From the NCBI RefSeq assembly GCF_036321535.1, contig NC_087436.1:97280001-97344000 (forward strand): a stretch of 64,000 nucleotides of DNA. The letters run 5' to 3'. This document shows positions 63,521-64,000 of the stretch, in pieces; positions within the stretch are counted from its first letter, which is position 1, and every line of letters starts with the position of its first letter. The translations under genes were made by a program, and so were the position numbers. The notes below the pieces were generated by a model that had not been told where the DNA came from, did no database searches, and was given only the letters and a program-made list of their open reading frames with translations. Source of the stretch: Camelus dromedarius. Lineage: Eukaryota.

Positions 63521-64000
63521 TGATTCTTCTGATCCCTTAGGATCTGTGCATGTTGAAACATATGAATGGATGAGACTTATATTGTATATCTCAAATAATG
63601 CAGATTCAATGTGCTTTATAAACCGATTTTATAAAATTGTACAGGCTAGAATGACGATATGCAGGACAAATCAGAAAATATGTCATAACATATTAGTAGA
63701 ACAGACCCATTTATATGGATATTGATGAAATAAGGGCACACCCAACACCAAATAAAGACGAAAAAAATCATTACTATGAAGATATCAATGAAGAAAACTG
63801 GTTGGATGGGATATTTAAGATAATATGTTTAGCAATGAAGAAATGGCATGTTTTCTATTAAAGTAAGTGTATTTTAGTGACCTGAGGCCTAAGTTGTACC
63901 TGACAGAAGTGAAATGTTCTGAGGTCAAGAGACTAACACATTTTGCCTCTGCAAAATTTTACATCTACAAAAACAGCTTTCAAGTCAAAACCACAGCCTT

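Overview
Mammalian genomic DNA, most likely a camelid (alpaca/vicuna/camel), judged from several vic-1-type tRNA-derived SINEs. The only real protein-coding sequence is the terminal exon of ARAP2 on the + strand (2825-3208, 127 codons plus stop). Its last intron precedes it and a 3'UTR of about 1.9 kb follows. The remaining ~59 kb is gene-poor and repeat-rich. It holds three large, internally deleted L1s (one nested in an older L1, one in an ERV), a twin-primed inverted L1 with TSD, solo LTRs, L2/MIR relics and Tigger/hAT MITEs. It also holds a decayed class III (HERV-S/MER54-like) provirus with LTR, PBS, gag, RNaseH-integrase and an env remnant, interrupted by a class I-like segment and an L1. 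Most ORFs in the track are repeat fragments or chance ORFs. I see no convincing new biological system. The best leads are the env-bearing chimeric ERV, the ARAP2 3'UTR regulatory cluster with its MITE hairpin, the recurrent microhomology L1 deletions, and a speculative antisense spliced lncRNA. Repeat subfamily names come from memory of consensus sequences and need a Dfam/RepeatMasker check.
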